A DNA stretch of 64,000 bases from Antedon mediterranea. Its lineage: Eukaryota > Animalia > Echinodermata. The notes beneath the pieces were generated by a model. That model did not search any database. It had not been told where the DNA came from and saw only the letters and a program-made list of their open reading frames with translations. The stretch spans positions 16,368,001 to 16,432,000 of the forward strand of contig NC_092672.1 of NCBI RefSeq assembly GCF_964355755.1. Direction: 5' to 3'. Each line of letters starts with the position of its first letter. Within the stretch, counting starts at the first letter, position 1. A program made the position numbers and the translations under genes. Shown here in pieces: positions 1 through 11,577 of this stretch.

Positions 1-684
1 TGAGTTAAAAGTCAAATTTTTTGATTGGTCAATTGTGCGACCTGTACTGACCTACAAAAATCTTCTATATCGCAATAAAATACATATAAAAACAAACATA
101 TTTCGTTGACGCGTAAAATTTACAAGCGGGACCGGCCAGTTTAAGGTTATCTATATTTTTGTTATAATTGTCATAGCAATTTTATTCTCCCCCCCGATAG
201 GGGATCACGAAATGAAACGATAGAAGGCCATGCCCCATAGCCTACATGGTCAAACCATGGAGCTGGTCAAACCATGGAGTACCTGGTCAAACCTTACCTG
301 CCGCTGAAAAAGGGGCCTGGTTTGCCATGTTTATGATATTTCGTGTGCTAATCGAGTCGAATGCAGTTTTAATGATGCACTCTTGGCGTTCCATATCTGT
401 TCGTTTGTTCGTGTCGAATTTGATACATTCAGTATCAAATGGCGATATTTCTGTATTTTTTCAATCAATTGCTTGCTTTGCGAGTATTATATAAGGTATG
501 GTTTAAAGATCTTTGGTTATGTTCGGCTTCGGGATGTTATACCATACTTAGGCCTAGGCTAGGCTAGGCTATTATAGGGGTCGTCGGTTTCGTGTTATGG
601 GTCGTCCAATTCTAGGTCGTTCAATTCGAGGTCGCCCGGGTCGTTGGGGTCGTCCAATTCGAGGTCGTCGCTTTCTACACACCC

Positions 685-1055
685 GCATTGTTTGATAATA
701 AAATAGCAGAATTTAAAAAATACAGTACACAAATTATACACATTCTTTATTCTTGTGGGTCTAAGCTTTCTTTGGGCTATGTCCAATGAATTACTACTTA
801 GTTTAATGTCTTGCCTAGCTGTCGATTAGCCTCGACTCGACACATTTTGTGTGAAGAAGAGTGCGCGAAGGCAATCGCGTGAATTGACTTAGAATCCTAG
901 GCCTAGAAAGTATCGTATCGCAGTTGTGTAATCGCTTCTTGTTGCTATACGCTTGGGTGCACACGGAACAACAAATTTAACTGATGAATTATTCATGTTT
1001 ATTTTGTGACGTTTCATGAGGGGGTCCCCAACTTATGTACGAAAAAAAAAATCGC
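685..1055 (+). repeat. ~370-bp dispersed repeat, inverted copy at 19694-20070
   Basis: e.g. CTATACGCTTGGGTGCACACGGAACAACAAATTT here is the reverse complement of AAATTTGTTGTTCCGTGTGCACCCAAGCGTATAG at ~19770-19803; the similarity runs along the whole segment with small indels. Confidence 0.9.
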
Positions 1056-1224
1056 GTCCGGCCCGTTTAATAATGTCTGACCCATGGATTGAAATGCGTC
1101 CACTATTAAATACTGTATCATACGTTTTATGATAGGTGGTTGTTTTTATCACGCCTGCACTTGTCTTGTCTTCTTTTAATAACCAATAATAGGCCTACTT
1201 AATGATGCCAAACTATTTTTTTTT

Positions 1225-2708
1225 TCTAATTAAAGATCGCTTTGCCTAAACACCTCCAATTAGGGACCATTATATTATTTGGTATGTGAAAAGACAAGAA
1301 GAATAAATAATTGTTAAGTATGTGACAAAAACAATTGTAAATGAAGTGGTCCTCTTCCAATTAAAAATCACTTTACCTAAAACACCTCCAATTAGCGACC
1401 ATTATATTATTTAGTATTAATAAAGCAAGAAGAATAATTATAATAGTTATTAATTATGTGACAAAAAACAAGTAATTGTACTGGTCCTCTTTCAATAAAG
1501 GACCACTTTACTTAAAACACCTCCAATTAGCGACCATTTTATTAATTGGTATGAGTAAAGACAATAATAATTAATAGTTTTAATTATGTGACAAAATTAA
1601 GTAACTGTACTGACTGGTCCGCTTCCAATTAAAGATCACTTTACTTTAAGACACCTCTAATTAGTGACCATTTTAATTAATTGGTATGAGTAAAGGCAAG
1701 AATAATTAATAGTTTAATTATGTGACAAAATTAAGTAAATGTACTGGTCCGCTTCCAATTAAAGGTCACTTTACTTTAAGACACCTCTAATTAGCGACCA
1801 TTTTATTAATTGGTAGGAGTACTTAGGTACAAGAAGAATACATAGTTTTAATTATGATAGTGACAAAATTAAGTAACTGTACTAGTCCTCTTCCAGTTAT
1901 AGATCACTTTACTTAAAGAAACCTCCAATTAGCGACCATTATATTATTTAGTATGAATAAAGACAAAAAGAATACATAGTTTTAATTTTGTGACAAAAAC
2001 AAGTAATATTGTACTGGTCCTCTTCCATTAAAAACCACTTTACTTATAGACACCTCCAATTAGCGACCATTTTATTAATTGGTATGAGTAAAGACAATAA
2101 TAATTAATAGTTTTAATTATGTGACAAAATTAAGTAACTGTACTGGTCCGCTTCCAATTAAAGATCACTTTACTTTAAGACACCTCTAATTAGTGACCAT
2201 TTTTATTAATTGGTATGAGTAAAGGCAAGAATAATTAATAGTTTAATTATGTGACAAAATTAAGTAAATGTACTGGTCCGCTTCCAATTAAAGATCACTT
2301 CAGTTTAAGACACTTCCAATTAGCGACCGTTATATTATTTTGTATGAATAAAGACAAGAAGAAGAAATAGTTTATAATCATGTGATAAAAAACAAGTAAT
2401 TGTACTGCTCCTCTTCCAATTAAAGATCACTTCAATATAAACACTTCCATTTAGCGACCGTTTTATTATTTTGTATGAGTACAGACAAGAGGAATAAATA
2501 GTTTATAATCATGTGATAAAAAACAAGTAATTGTACTGGTCCTCTTCCAATTAAAGATCACTTTACTTTAAGACACTTCCAATTAGCGACCGTTTTATTA
2601 TTTTGTATGAGCACAGACAAGAGGAATAAATAGTTTATAATCATGTGATAAAAAACAAGTAATTGTACTGGTCCTCTTCCAATTAAAGATCACTTTACTG
2701 TAAGACAG
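1225..2708 (+). repeat. 132-bp satellite array 1 (~11 diverged monomers)
   Basis: Recurrent monomer ACAC(C/T)TCCAATTAGCGACC...GTACTGGTCCTCTTCCAATTAAAGATCACTTTACTTTAAG; preceded by a ~170-bp head (1056-1225) also found before array 2 (4300-4450). Confidence 0.95.
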
Positions 2709-4180
2709 ACAGATGACAGTTAACACGACTAAAAGGTGAAATAATAACAAATAATAATAACAGGATTTTTATAGCGCACATACCACTCAAGAGTGCTCAA
2801 GGCGCATTAAAAAAAAAAAAAAAATAAAAACAAATCATACAACTCTCCCGGTCCCGAGAGCCGCTGTTTTGAGGTTGACCTGACAATTGTGGCAATTACC
2901 AATTGGGACATTACCCTTGCTGGACATCTGGTAAAAATAAATACTGATTATGCTGCCACTTTTAGTACACAAAACGATAAATAAAAAAAAATAATACAAC
3001 TTGTAGCATTCCCTTTAAACTAATACAGTAGGCCCTGTTCAAAACTGCTAGTGTAGAAAAGTCAAATCCACCCATATAAAAACCTAGAACTAGCTAATGA
3101 TGTAGAAACACCAACAGCTCATTTATTAAATAAAAATCAACATTATACTAATGTACAACTCAACAGGTAATGTAGTAACGAAAATTGCCTCACAGCTAAT
3201 GTAGTTAATATCGCCAGCTAATAAAATATTATATATTTTACAAACCTAAATGTCTAAATCATGTGCAAATGTATTTCTCTACTTGCCGTCAGTCTATCCA
3301 CCTCTCGTAAGTGATCGGCTTTCAAAACTTAGCACTCTGATCGTAAGCAACCACCCTTGTTAGCGACCACCTTTAATATTTAAAAGGGACTACCTCTGTT
3401 AAGGGACCGCTTCTCACAATGGACATGACGAGCTTACTTGTTTAAAGCACTTTTGTTATCAGTTAATATTATTAAATTAGTAACAGTATTATAAATATTA
3501 CAAAATAATATTTTGAGAACTGAAAAATATTTTGAGGGAACAAATATATTTAGGGAGAACAAAATAAGATTTCAAGAACTGAAAAATATAAAAAACGAAT
3601 TACTACTTCGATACAAGGAATGATCGAGAGAACGAAATAATTTCGAGGGAAATTATTTCGTTCTCTCGCGAATTAGTAATTCGAATTCCAATGAAATAAT
3701 ATTTCGAGAGAACGAAAATAGGTAGGCCCTATGCCTATATGATTTAGTGATATTCTTTCCCTAGAAATAATAATACAGTACTGGTAGGCTATATATTTTT
3801 TCAAGTTGTCGATTTACTTCAAATTGACAACAGGTTGTATATACTCAATCAAAAACAAACAATTTAATTTGATTAGACTATATGTCTCCAGATATAATAA
3901 TAGTAATATTTATTTCAATCGACTTGATATTTTGCGATTCAAGTTGGTATTCTAAGGAATTATAATTACCCTAACGGGAGTTGGTGAACGTCCAGTGCCC
4001 TAGTTTTTACGGGGTTAATATGATGTCGATGTCGATGGTCCTACTTTTTTATCGATGAAAGCTGCCCGGGTGGTTGCAGCCATTTTCAACAGCTGGTATT
4101 ACACTATTCAATGCTGAAAATTGTCCACTGGACACTTTCAAACACCGGACACATTTAAATCTTACACCGGCATGGTGCCG
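2709..4180 (+). repeat. Duplicated segment, direct paralog of 16571-19040 with a ~1.07-kb internal deletion
   Basis: ACAGATGACAGTTAACACGACTA starts both copies; 2845-3425 matches 16610-17206 and 3426-4180 matches 18271-19040. Confidence 0.9.
2750..2812 (-). mobile_element. Probable 3' tail of a non-LTR retroposon (L2/CR1-group LINE or a partner SINE)
   Basis: (AAT)n followed by TTTATAGCGC...GGCGCA, the usual reverse-strand look of such tails; absent from the paralog at ~16595; a similar tail lies at 11715-11790. Confidence 0.4.
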
Positions 4181-4240
4181 GTGTAAGATTGAAATGTGTC
4201 CATCATTCAAAAGTGTCCGGGTGGACACTTTTCAGCATTG
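4109..4240. repeat. ~130-bp imperfect palindrome
   Basis: Perfect core AATCTTACACCGGCA-TGG-TGCCGGTGTAAGATT (4158-4190); outer arms CAATGCTGAAAATTGTCCAC / GTGGACACTTTTCAGCATTG. Confidence 0.9.
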
Positions 4241-4449
4241 GATAGTGTCCAATTGCATGTTTCAACGGGTTCGCGGGCGTTTTCCAACAATTTAATGCTG
4301 TCCGGCGCGTTTAATAATGTCTGACCCTTGGATTGAATACCGTCCGTGGTTGAGATTTGAGATTCAGGTTTTGATCGTGATTGCGCATGCACTTGTCTTT
4401 TTTTAACGACCACTATTTGTTAATAATGCCAAACTAGTTTTTATTTTTC

Positions 4450-7400
4450 AAAGATAACTTGGCTTAAAACACCTCCAATTAGCGACCATTATATTATTTG
4501 GTATGAATAAAGACAAGAAGAATAAATAACAATATAATAATAATCATGTAATAAAAACAAGTAATTATACTGGTCCTCTTCCAATTAAAGAACACTTTAG
4601 TTTAGACACTTCCAATTAGCGACCATTTTTATTGTTTTGTATGAGTAAAGACAAGAGTAATAATAGTTTTTAATCATGTGACAAAAAACAAGTAATTGTA
4701 CTGGTCCTCTTCCAATTAAAGATCACTTAAAATTAAACACTTCCAATTAGCGACCGTTTTATTATTTTGTATGAGTAAAGACAAGAATAATAAATAGTTT
4801 ATAATCATGTGATAAAAAACAAGTAATTGTACTGGTCCTCTTCCAATTAAAGATCACTTAAATTTAAACACTTCCAATTAGCGACCGTTATTATTGTTTT
4901 GTATGAATAGAAACAAGAAGAATAAATAGATTTTAATCATGTGATAAAAAACAAGCAATTGTACTGGTCCTCTTCCAATTAAAGATCACTTTAATTTAAA
5001 CACTTCCAATTAGCGACCGTTATATTATTTTGTATGAATAAAGGCAAGAATAATAAATAGATTTTAATCATATGACAAAAAACAAGTAATTGTACTGGTC
5101 CTCTTTCAATTAAAGATCACTTTACTTTAAGACACTTCCAATTAGCGACCGTTATATTGTTTTGTATGAGTACAGACAAGAAGAATAAATAGATTTTAAT
5201 CATGTGATAAAAAACAAGTAATTGTACTGGTCCTCTTCCAATTAAAGGTCACTTTACTGTAAGACACTTCCAATTAGCGACCGTTATATTATTTTGTATG
5301 AGTACAGACAAGAAGAATAAATAGATTTTAATCATGTGATAAAAAATAAGTAATTGTACTGGTCCTCTTCCAATTAAAGGTCACTTTACTTCAAGAAACT
5401 TCCATTTAGCGACCGTTATATTATTTTGTATGAATAAAGACAAGAATAATAAATAGTTTATAATCATGTGATATAAAATAAGTAATTGTACGGGTACTCT
5501 TCCAATTAAAGGTCACTTTACTGTAAGACACTTCCAATTAGCGACCGTTATATTATTTTGTATGAGTACAGACAAGAAGAATAAATAGATTTTAATCATG
5601 TGATAAAAAACAAGTAATTGTACTGGTCCTCTTCCAATGAAAGATCACTTTACTTTAAGACACTTCCAATTAGCGACCGTTATATTATTTTTTATGAATA
5701 AAAACAAGAAGCATAAATAGTTTATAATCATGTGATATAAAATAAGTAATTGTACTGGTCCTCTTCCAATTAAAGGTCACTTTACTGTAAGACACCTCCA
5801 ATTAGCGACCGTTATATTATTTTGTATGAGTACAGACAATTAGAAGAATAAATAGATTTTAATCATGTGATAAAAAATAAGTAATTGTACTGGTCCTCTT
5901 CCAATTAAAGGTCACTTTACTTCAAGAAACTTCCATTTAGCGACCGTTATATTATTTTGTATGAATAAAGACAAGAATAATAAATAGTTTATAATCATGT
6001 GATATAAAATAAGTAATTGTACGGGTACTCTTCCAATTAAAGGTCACTTTACTGTAAGACACTTCCAATTAGCGACCGTTATATTATTTTGTATGAGTAC
6101 AGACAAGAAGAATAAATAGATTTTAATCATGTGATAAAAAACAAGTAATTGTACTGGTCCTCTTCCAATGAAAGATCACTTTACTTTAAGACACTTCCAA
6201 TTAGCGACCGTTATATTATTTTTTATGAATAAAAACAAGAAGCATAAATAGTTTATAATCATGTGATATAAAATAAGTAATTGTACTGGTCCTCTTCCAA
6301 TTAAAGGTCACTTTACTGTAAGACACCTCCAATTAGCGACCGTTATATTATTTTGTATGAGTACAGACAATTAGAAGAATAAATAGATTTTAATCATGTG
6401 ATAAAAAACAAGTAATTGTACTGGTCCTCTTCCAATGAAAGATCACTTTACTTTAAGACACTTCCATTTAGCGACCGTTATATTATTTTGTATGAGTACA
6501 GACAAGAAGAATAAATAGATTTTAATCATGTGATAAAAAACAAGTAATTGTACTGGTCCTCTTCCAATTAGCGACCGTTATATTATTTTGTATGAGTACA
6601 GACAAGAAGAATAAATAGATTTTAATCATGTGATAAAAAATAAGTAATTGTACTGGTCCTCTTCCAATTAAAGGTCACTTTACTGTAAGACACTTCCATT
6701 TAGCGACCGTTATATTATTTTGTATGAGTACAGACAAGAAGAATGAATAGATTTTATTCATGTGATAAAAAACAAGTAATTGTACTGGTCCTCTTCCAAT
6801 GAAAGATCACTTTACTTTAAAACACTTCCAATTAGCGACCGTTATATTATTTTTTATGAATAAAAACAAGAAGCATAAATAGTTTATAATCATGTGATAT
6901 AAAATAAGTAATTGTACTGGTCCTCTTCCAATTAAAGGTCACTTTACTGTAAGACACCTCCAATTAGCGACCGTTATATTATTTTGTATGAGTACAGACA
7001 ATTAGAAGAATAAATAGATTTTAATCATGTGATAAAAAACAAGTAATTGTACTGGTCCTCTTCCAATGAAAGATCACTTTACTTTAAGACACTTCCATTT
7101 AGCGACCGTTATATTATTTTGTATGAGTACAGACAAGAAGAATAAATAGATTTTAATCATGTGATAAAAAACAAGTAATTGTACTGGTCCTCTTCCAATT
7201 AAAGATCACTTTACTTTAAGACACTTCCAATTAGCGACCGTTATATTATTTTGTATGAGTACAGACAAGAAGAATAAATAGATTTTAATCATGTGATAAA
7301 AAATAAGTAATTGTACTGGTCCTTTTCCAATTAAAGGTCACTTTACTTTAAGACACTTCCATTTAGCGACCGTTATATTATTTTGTATGAATAAAGACAA

Positions 7401-7572
7401 GAAGAATAAATACTAGTTAAGACAAGAAGAATAAATAGTTTATAATCATGTGATAAAAAACAAGTAATTGTACGGGTCCTCTTCCAATTATAGATCACTT
7501 TAGTTTAAACACTTCCAATTAGCGACCGTTATATTATTTTGTACGAGTAAAGACAAGAAGAATAAATAGTTT
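4450..7572 (+). repeat. 132-bp satellite array 2 (~23 monomers) with a 531-bp 4-mer higher-order repeat
   Basis: Monomer starts at 5131, 5263 and 5395 (period 132); variant TCAAGAAACTTCCATT at ~5391 and ~5922; 3-bp insertion ACAATTAGAAG at ~5836, ~6367 and ~6998. Confidence 0.95.
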
Positions 7573-8311
7573 ACTTGTTTAATCCCCAATCAATTAAAAG
7601 TTGCACCTTTTTATAATCAACACGATATAGCTGATCTCTTGAAAAAACATAATCAGTTTTACTGAAGTATTATGTTAATTGGTACATTGATCGTCACATC
7701 GAGAATATGGTAGGGGTGTCACACTATGTGCGTCTAGGGTGAATGCAAAGATAATGACATCGATATAGCGCCACATCAACACGTTTTTATGCACCTTTGG
7801 TGTAAGTATTTATTTTAGTATTTTGTCCTTAAATCAGAATTTATATTCAAAGAAAAAATGACTTGTTATGTAAAAAAACAACAATTCGGTATCTGGAATC
7901 TTAAAATTAATGTATCTATAAAAATAATTAATATGGGATAGGCCTGAGACCTCATACATTTGTTAATAGGGCTACTTTATTGAACCTTCATTTTATCGGA
8001 TGTTATAAGAACGCTTGCTTCAACCGATTCTTTTTTTGAACAGCATTTTGTTTAAAGGCGATTGTGTTATTTTCAATGTTTAATAAACTTCTGGAATTTC
8101 AGAGAAACCCATTTTAATAAACAAAAGCTTCTTATAAAATGTGCTTACTGGATAATGTTTCATACATGTTTGGCTGGTTCAAATTTACTTTACTTTTGCT
8201 TTTCCGCTACTCCCCTGTTATACTATATATTTGTTGTTATGTAGAAAGATTGAAAATAAATTCATTCATTCATTCTTCTTTTATTTCGGAAAAAAAAAAT
8301 TCTCCATAGTT

Positions 8312-8420
8312 CAGTAACAAGTGTACATTATTGTAAATATAACAAATACATATACATATATATATATATATATAATATATATGTATTTGTTATATTTACA
8401 ATAATGTACACTTGTTACTG
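8312..8420. repeat. Palindrome with ~43-bp perfect arms around a (TA)n core
   Basis: CAGTAACAAGTGTACATTATTGTAAATATAACAAATACATATA ... TATATGTATTTGTTATATTTACAATAATGTACACTTGTTACTG. Confidence 0.9.
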
Positions 8421-8455
<35 letters not shown>

Positions 8456-8529
8456 TGTGTTCCAACCGTACCACGCCGAGAATGTTAAAGGGTCGTTATC
8501 CGGTCGAGTTAAAGAACAATACCATGAAA

Positions 8530-8601
8530 GCCCCAGTGGTCTAATGGTTAGGGCAACTGCATATCAAGCCGACGGTCCGAGTTCGAGCCTCGGTTGGGGC
8601 G
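8530..8601 (+). tRNA. tRNA-like sequence (tRNA-Glu-derived; anticodon ATC), probable pseudogene or repeat-borne copy
   Basis: Acceptor stem GCCCCAG/TTGGGGC, A box TGGTCTAATGG, B box GTTCGAGCC, T stem CCGAG/CTCGG, followed by TTTTT; anticodon stem disrupted in this copy. Confidence 0.6.
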
Positions 8602-8795
8602 ACTTTTTCTCATTCTCTCAGATTTCCTCATCTTTATCGTTTCAAAAATTAATTAAATCATTTTCAGTGTATCACCGGGCGGTTTGGAATTTATTTCTAT
8701 GCCTGTTGTGTTTACAACTGAGGACTAGTGCTGTTCCGCCGTACCACGCCGAGAATGTTAAAGAGTCGCTATCCAATCGAGTTCGAACCGTGAAA

Positions 8796-8866
8796 GCCCC
8801 AGTGGTCTAACGGTTAGGACATCTGCATATCAAGCAGGCGGTCCGAGTTCGAGCTCGGTTGGGGCG
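8796..8866 (+). tRNA. tRNA-like sequence (anticodon ATC), 1-nt deletion in the T arm
   Basis: Same cloverleaf; anticodon stem TCTGC/GCAGG with loop ATATCAA. Confidence 0.55.
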
Positions 8867-9610
8867 ACTTTAACTCATTCTCACAGATTTCCTCATCTTT
8901 ATCGTTTCAAATTAATTAATTAAATTTCAGTATATTACCGGGCGGTTTAGAATTAATGTTCTATGCTACATAGTCACGTGGTTAGAACAATAGTTTCATA
9001 TATCTACTATGTAGATTGGATGAAGGAAAAGCAAATTCATGAATACATTACAAATAAATGTATGAATTGTGAATTACAAAAATATTAAATGTTGTTGTCT
9101 TGTCAGAATGAGTTGTAAATATGAACGAGTTTTGTAAACATAAATTATATATCATTGATCATTACTTATATTAACAGGATAAAATAATAATAGTGTAATA
9201 ATAATGAACAATAGTTACAGAAAAATATTTATTTATTTATTTATTTATTGCTATTAAAACTTGTTTCAGTAAGTGTGTTTGTATTTATTTTACTTTGTTA
9301 TTGATCATCATTGGTCTGGCTACCAATACATTGGAAGCACGCAAGCCTCGCTACCACGTCAAGGTTGATGATCATAGCGAGGGTAGGTTGCACGTTTGTA
9401 TGTGCCCCTTTGACCAAAGAAAACATATTATAGAAGAAAATTGCATAACATTATGAAACAGAATCATATGAGTTGTAAATATGAAAAAGTTTTTTAAACA
9501 TAAAAATACAATAAAAATAAACACTAGTTACAATCTAATTCACGTACTTTTACCTTACCGGACCTTTAGTCGCGTTATTCTTTTATACAATCTGCTTTTT
9601 AATTAATTTT

Positions 9611-9891
9611 TTAATCCTTGTAGCGATCAAAGCAGGGCGCATGACACATCATTGCATGTTTACACTGGACACACTGTATTTGATCTGTTGTTACCTGCCA
9701 TTAGACCCCTTGAGCCTTTGACGTACTTATGCTCAGATATTCGTCTTCCGTTGATTCAATGAAAGATGGTGACGCTTTAATTAGCCGCTGTGGTGAATCT
9801 ATGTTCTTCTTTCTGGTCCGACAAATGCAATTGGTATTTCTTCGTCGATGAGTTTCAGACAAAGCCGACAATCTCCTCTTGACGGAAGCAC
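9611..9891 (-). pseudogene. Degraded Cys-rich zinc-finger coding remnant downstream of the integrase gene
   Basis: After an acceptor-like TTTTTTACAG, manual translation gives RGDCRLCLK and, beyond stops, DQIQCVQCKHAMMCHAPCFDRYKD*; PHD-like or piggyBac C-terminal Cys-rich-like spacing. Confidence 0.3.
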
Positions 9892-10093
9892 CTGTAAAAA
9901 ATCAAAGCATTAACGAAACTTACCTCTATAAGGTAAACAAATACCCTTTTCACCATTTAATGCTTCTGTGTATGTTGAGATTACCGGTCATAGGTAGGCC
10001 TACAGTTAAAGAGTGACGTTGTATGAATCAACATATAATTGTCCAGGTACTTCATTGTTGCTCTGATGAATCCTTTCCGGGAAATGTTCCATG

Positions 10094-11577
10094 TCACAAA
10101 GATTCAATTTTTTCAAATAGGTTTTTGTTCATGGACATATAGTTTAGTATGTAATCCCGTACAACTACATGGTAGTTCTGGACACCAAAGAGAATATAAC
10201 TCAAAGCCCTAAAAAGACAGTTGCCGTCCCCTCTCATATTAACAACTTTAGTAGGCCTGGCTGCCTTGTCCATTTCACATTTTAAGTGAGTTTTGTGAAA
10301 ATTTTTGACATTGATACCAAATGGTGCTGCCTTTTCAAGCTGCCAATTGGCATCGACAGGAAAGAATAACTTTCTTGAAGTTTTCGTGTTGAGGTATACC
10401 ACATCACTATCAGATACAGGCCTACTGTTGTCATGGTCATCATCCGGTGCGACATTATCATTGTCTAATGTAGGTATGTTATCGTGATTATCCAGTGTGA
10501 TATCATCGTTCTTGGATGTAGGTATGTTAATGTGATCATCCGGTGTGATATCATAATTCTTGGATGTAGGTCTGTTATCGTTATCATCAACATTCTTGGA
10601 TGTAGGTATGTTAATAATGTGATCATCCGGTGTGATATCACCATTCTTGGATGTAGGTATGTTATCATGGTGCGTTACTTCAGGTGGGATGTCTGGCGTT
10701 CGCTTTCGTTTCTTTGGAGGGAGATGCTTATCATTGGTATTACATTTCTGTTTAGTGCTTGATGATGGACAGTTCAAAGAGGTTGTTTTATCGGACTTGT
10801 AATGTCTGATCTTGTTTCCGTTAACAATAGCCCTTCTTCCTTTTAGTCGATATGTATTGTGAGTGAGGACTTTTTCTATAATATATGGACCAGTCCATCG
10901 AGCATTAAGTTTGCCTCCCTTTCTTGACAAATTTCTGGAATTCTGCAAGAGCACTTGATCTCCTGCATAGTACGTGTTGCTTTTAACACCAGCATCATGA
11001 TAATGTTTTTGCTTTTTCTGTGCTTTTTTGATATTTTCTGATGCCTTTCTCCTTGAATCTTTGAGTTTCAAAAAAGCGTTCACTCTTATTTTTAAAGGAA
11101 CAGTTCCGGATATGTCATCTTTATTAGACGAAACGATGGGAATACGTAATTCTACAGGCAACACAGCCTTTCTACCGTAAACTAATGAGAATGGGTCACA
11201 TTTCGTAGACTTGTGCTCGGATGTTCTGTAGGCAAACAACACGTATGGGAGTTGTATATCCCAGTCATTTTGGTCTGCGTTGGTCAACGTCATAAGCATT
11301 GTGCAAAGTGTTCTGTTAAAGCGCTCCGTTTGCCCGCCTGTTTGAGGATGGTATGGTGAGGCAACTCTGTGGTCTACCCCAATCAGCTTACAGAAGCTGT
11401 CATTCAGCTCATTACAAAACTCTCTACCCTGGTCTGTAATCAATATAGAAGGTGTTCCATGTCTGCAGACAAAATCAATAAAAGATCTCAGCACTGTTTT
11501 AGCAGATTTATCTGGAATTGCATCAGCTTCCACCCATTTGGTAAGGTACTCCGTAAATACAAGTAAGTACCGATTAC
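10094..11577 (-). CDS. Exon 3 of the integrase gene: rve core, GPY/F, NLS-like PPKKRKR, Asp/Asn/His repeat linker, OTU N-terminal half
   Basis: Acceptor TGTGTTTCAG ends at 11578; contains ORF 10094..11533. Confidence 0.9.

Larger units (their letters stand above)
8461..8965 (+). repeat. Tandem pair of a tRNA-containing repeat unit (period 266 bp)
   Basis: CCGTACCACGCCGAGAATGTTAAAG leader, tRNA-like core and ACCGGGCGGTTT(G/A)GAATT tail each occur twice; the same family is on the minus strand at ~20445-20617 and 23572-24153. Confidence 0.9.

Noticed and set aside
246-786. ORFs 246-494 and 595-786
   Set aside because: Built partly from short tandem motifs (TGGTCAAACC; GGTCGTCCAATTC) and a dispersed repeat; no recognisable domain
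1225-7572. CRISPR-like or regulatory array
   Set aside because: Whole monomers repeat with no unique spacers, there are no cas genes, and the context is eukaryotic with spliceosomal introns
8412-8810. 132-aa ORF and the related ORF at 23674-23862
   Set aside because: Read through (TA)n and the tRNA-like repeat; no protein features
10305-11566. Short overlapping ORFs within exon 3 (10305-10487, 10465-10668, 10484-10762, 11369-11566)
   Set aside because: Antisense or alternative-frame shadows of the integrase and its coding repeat
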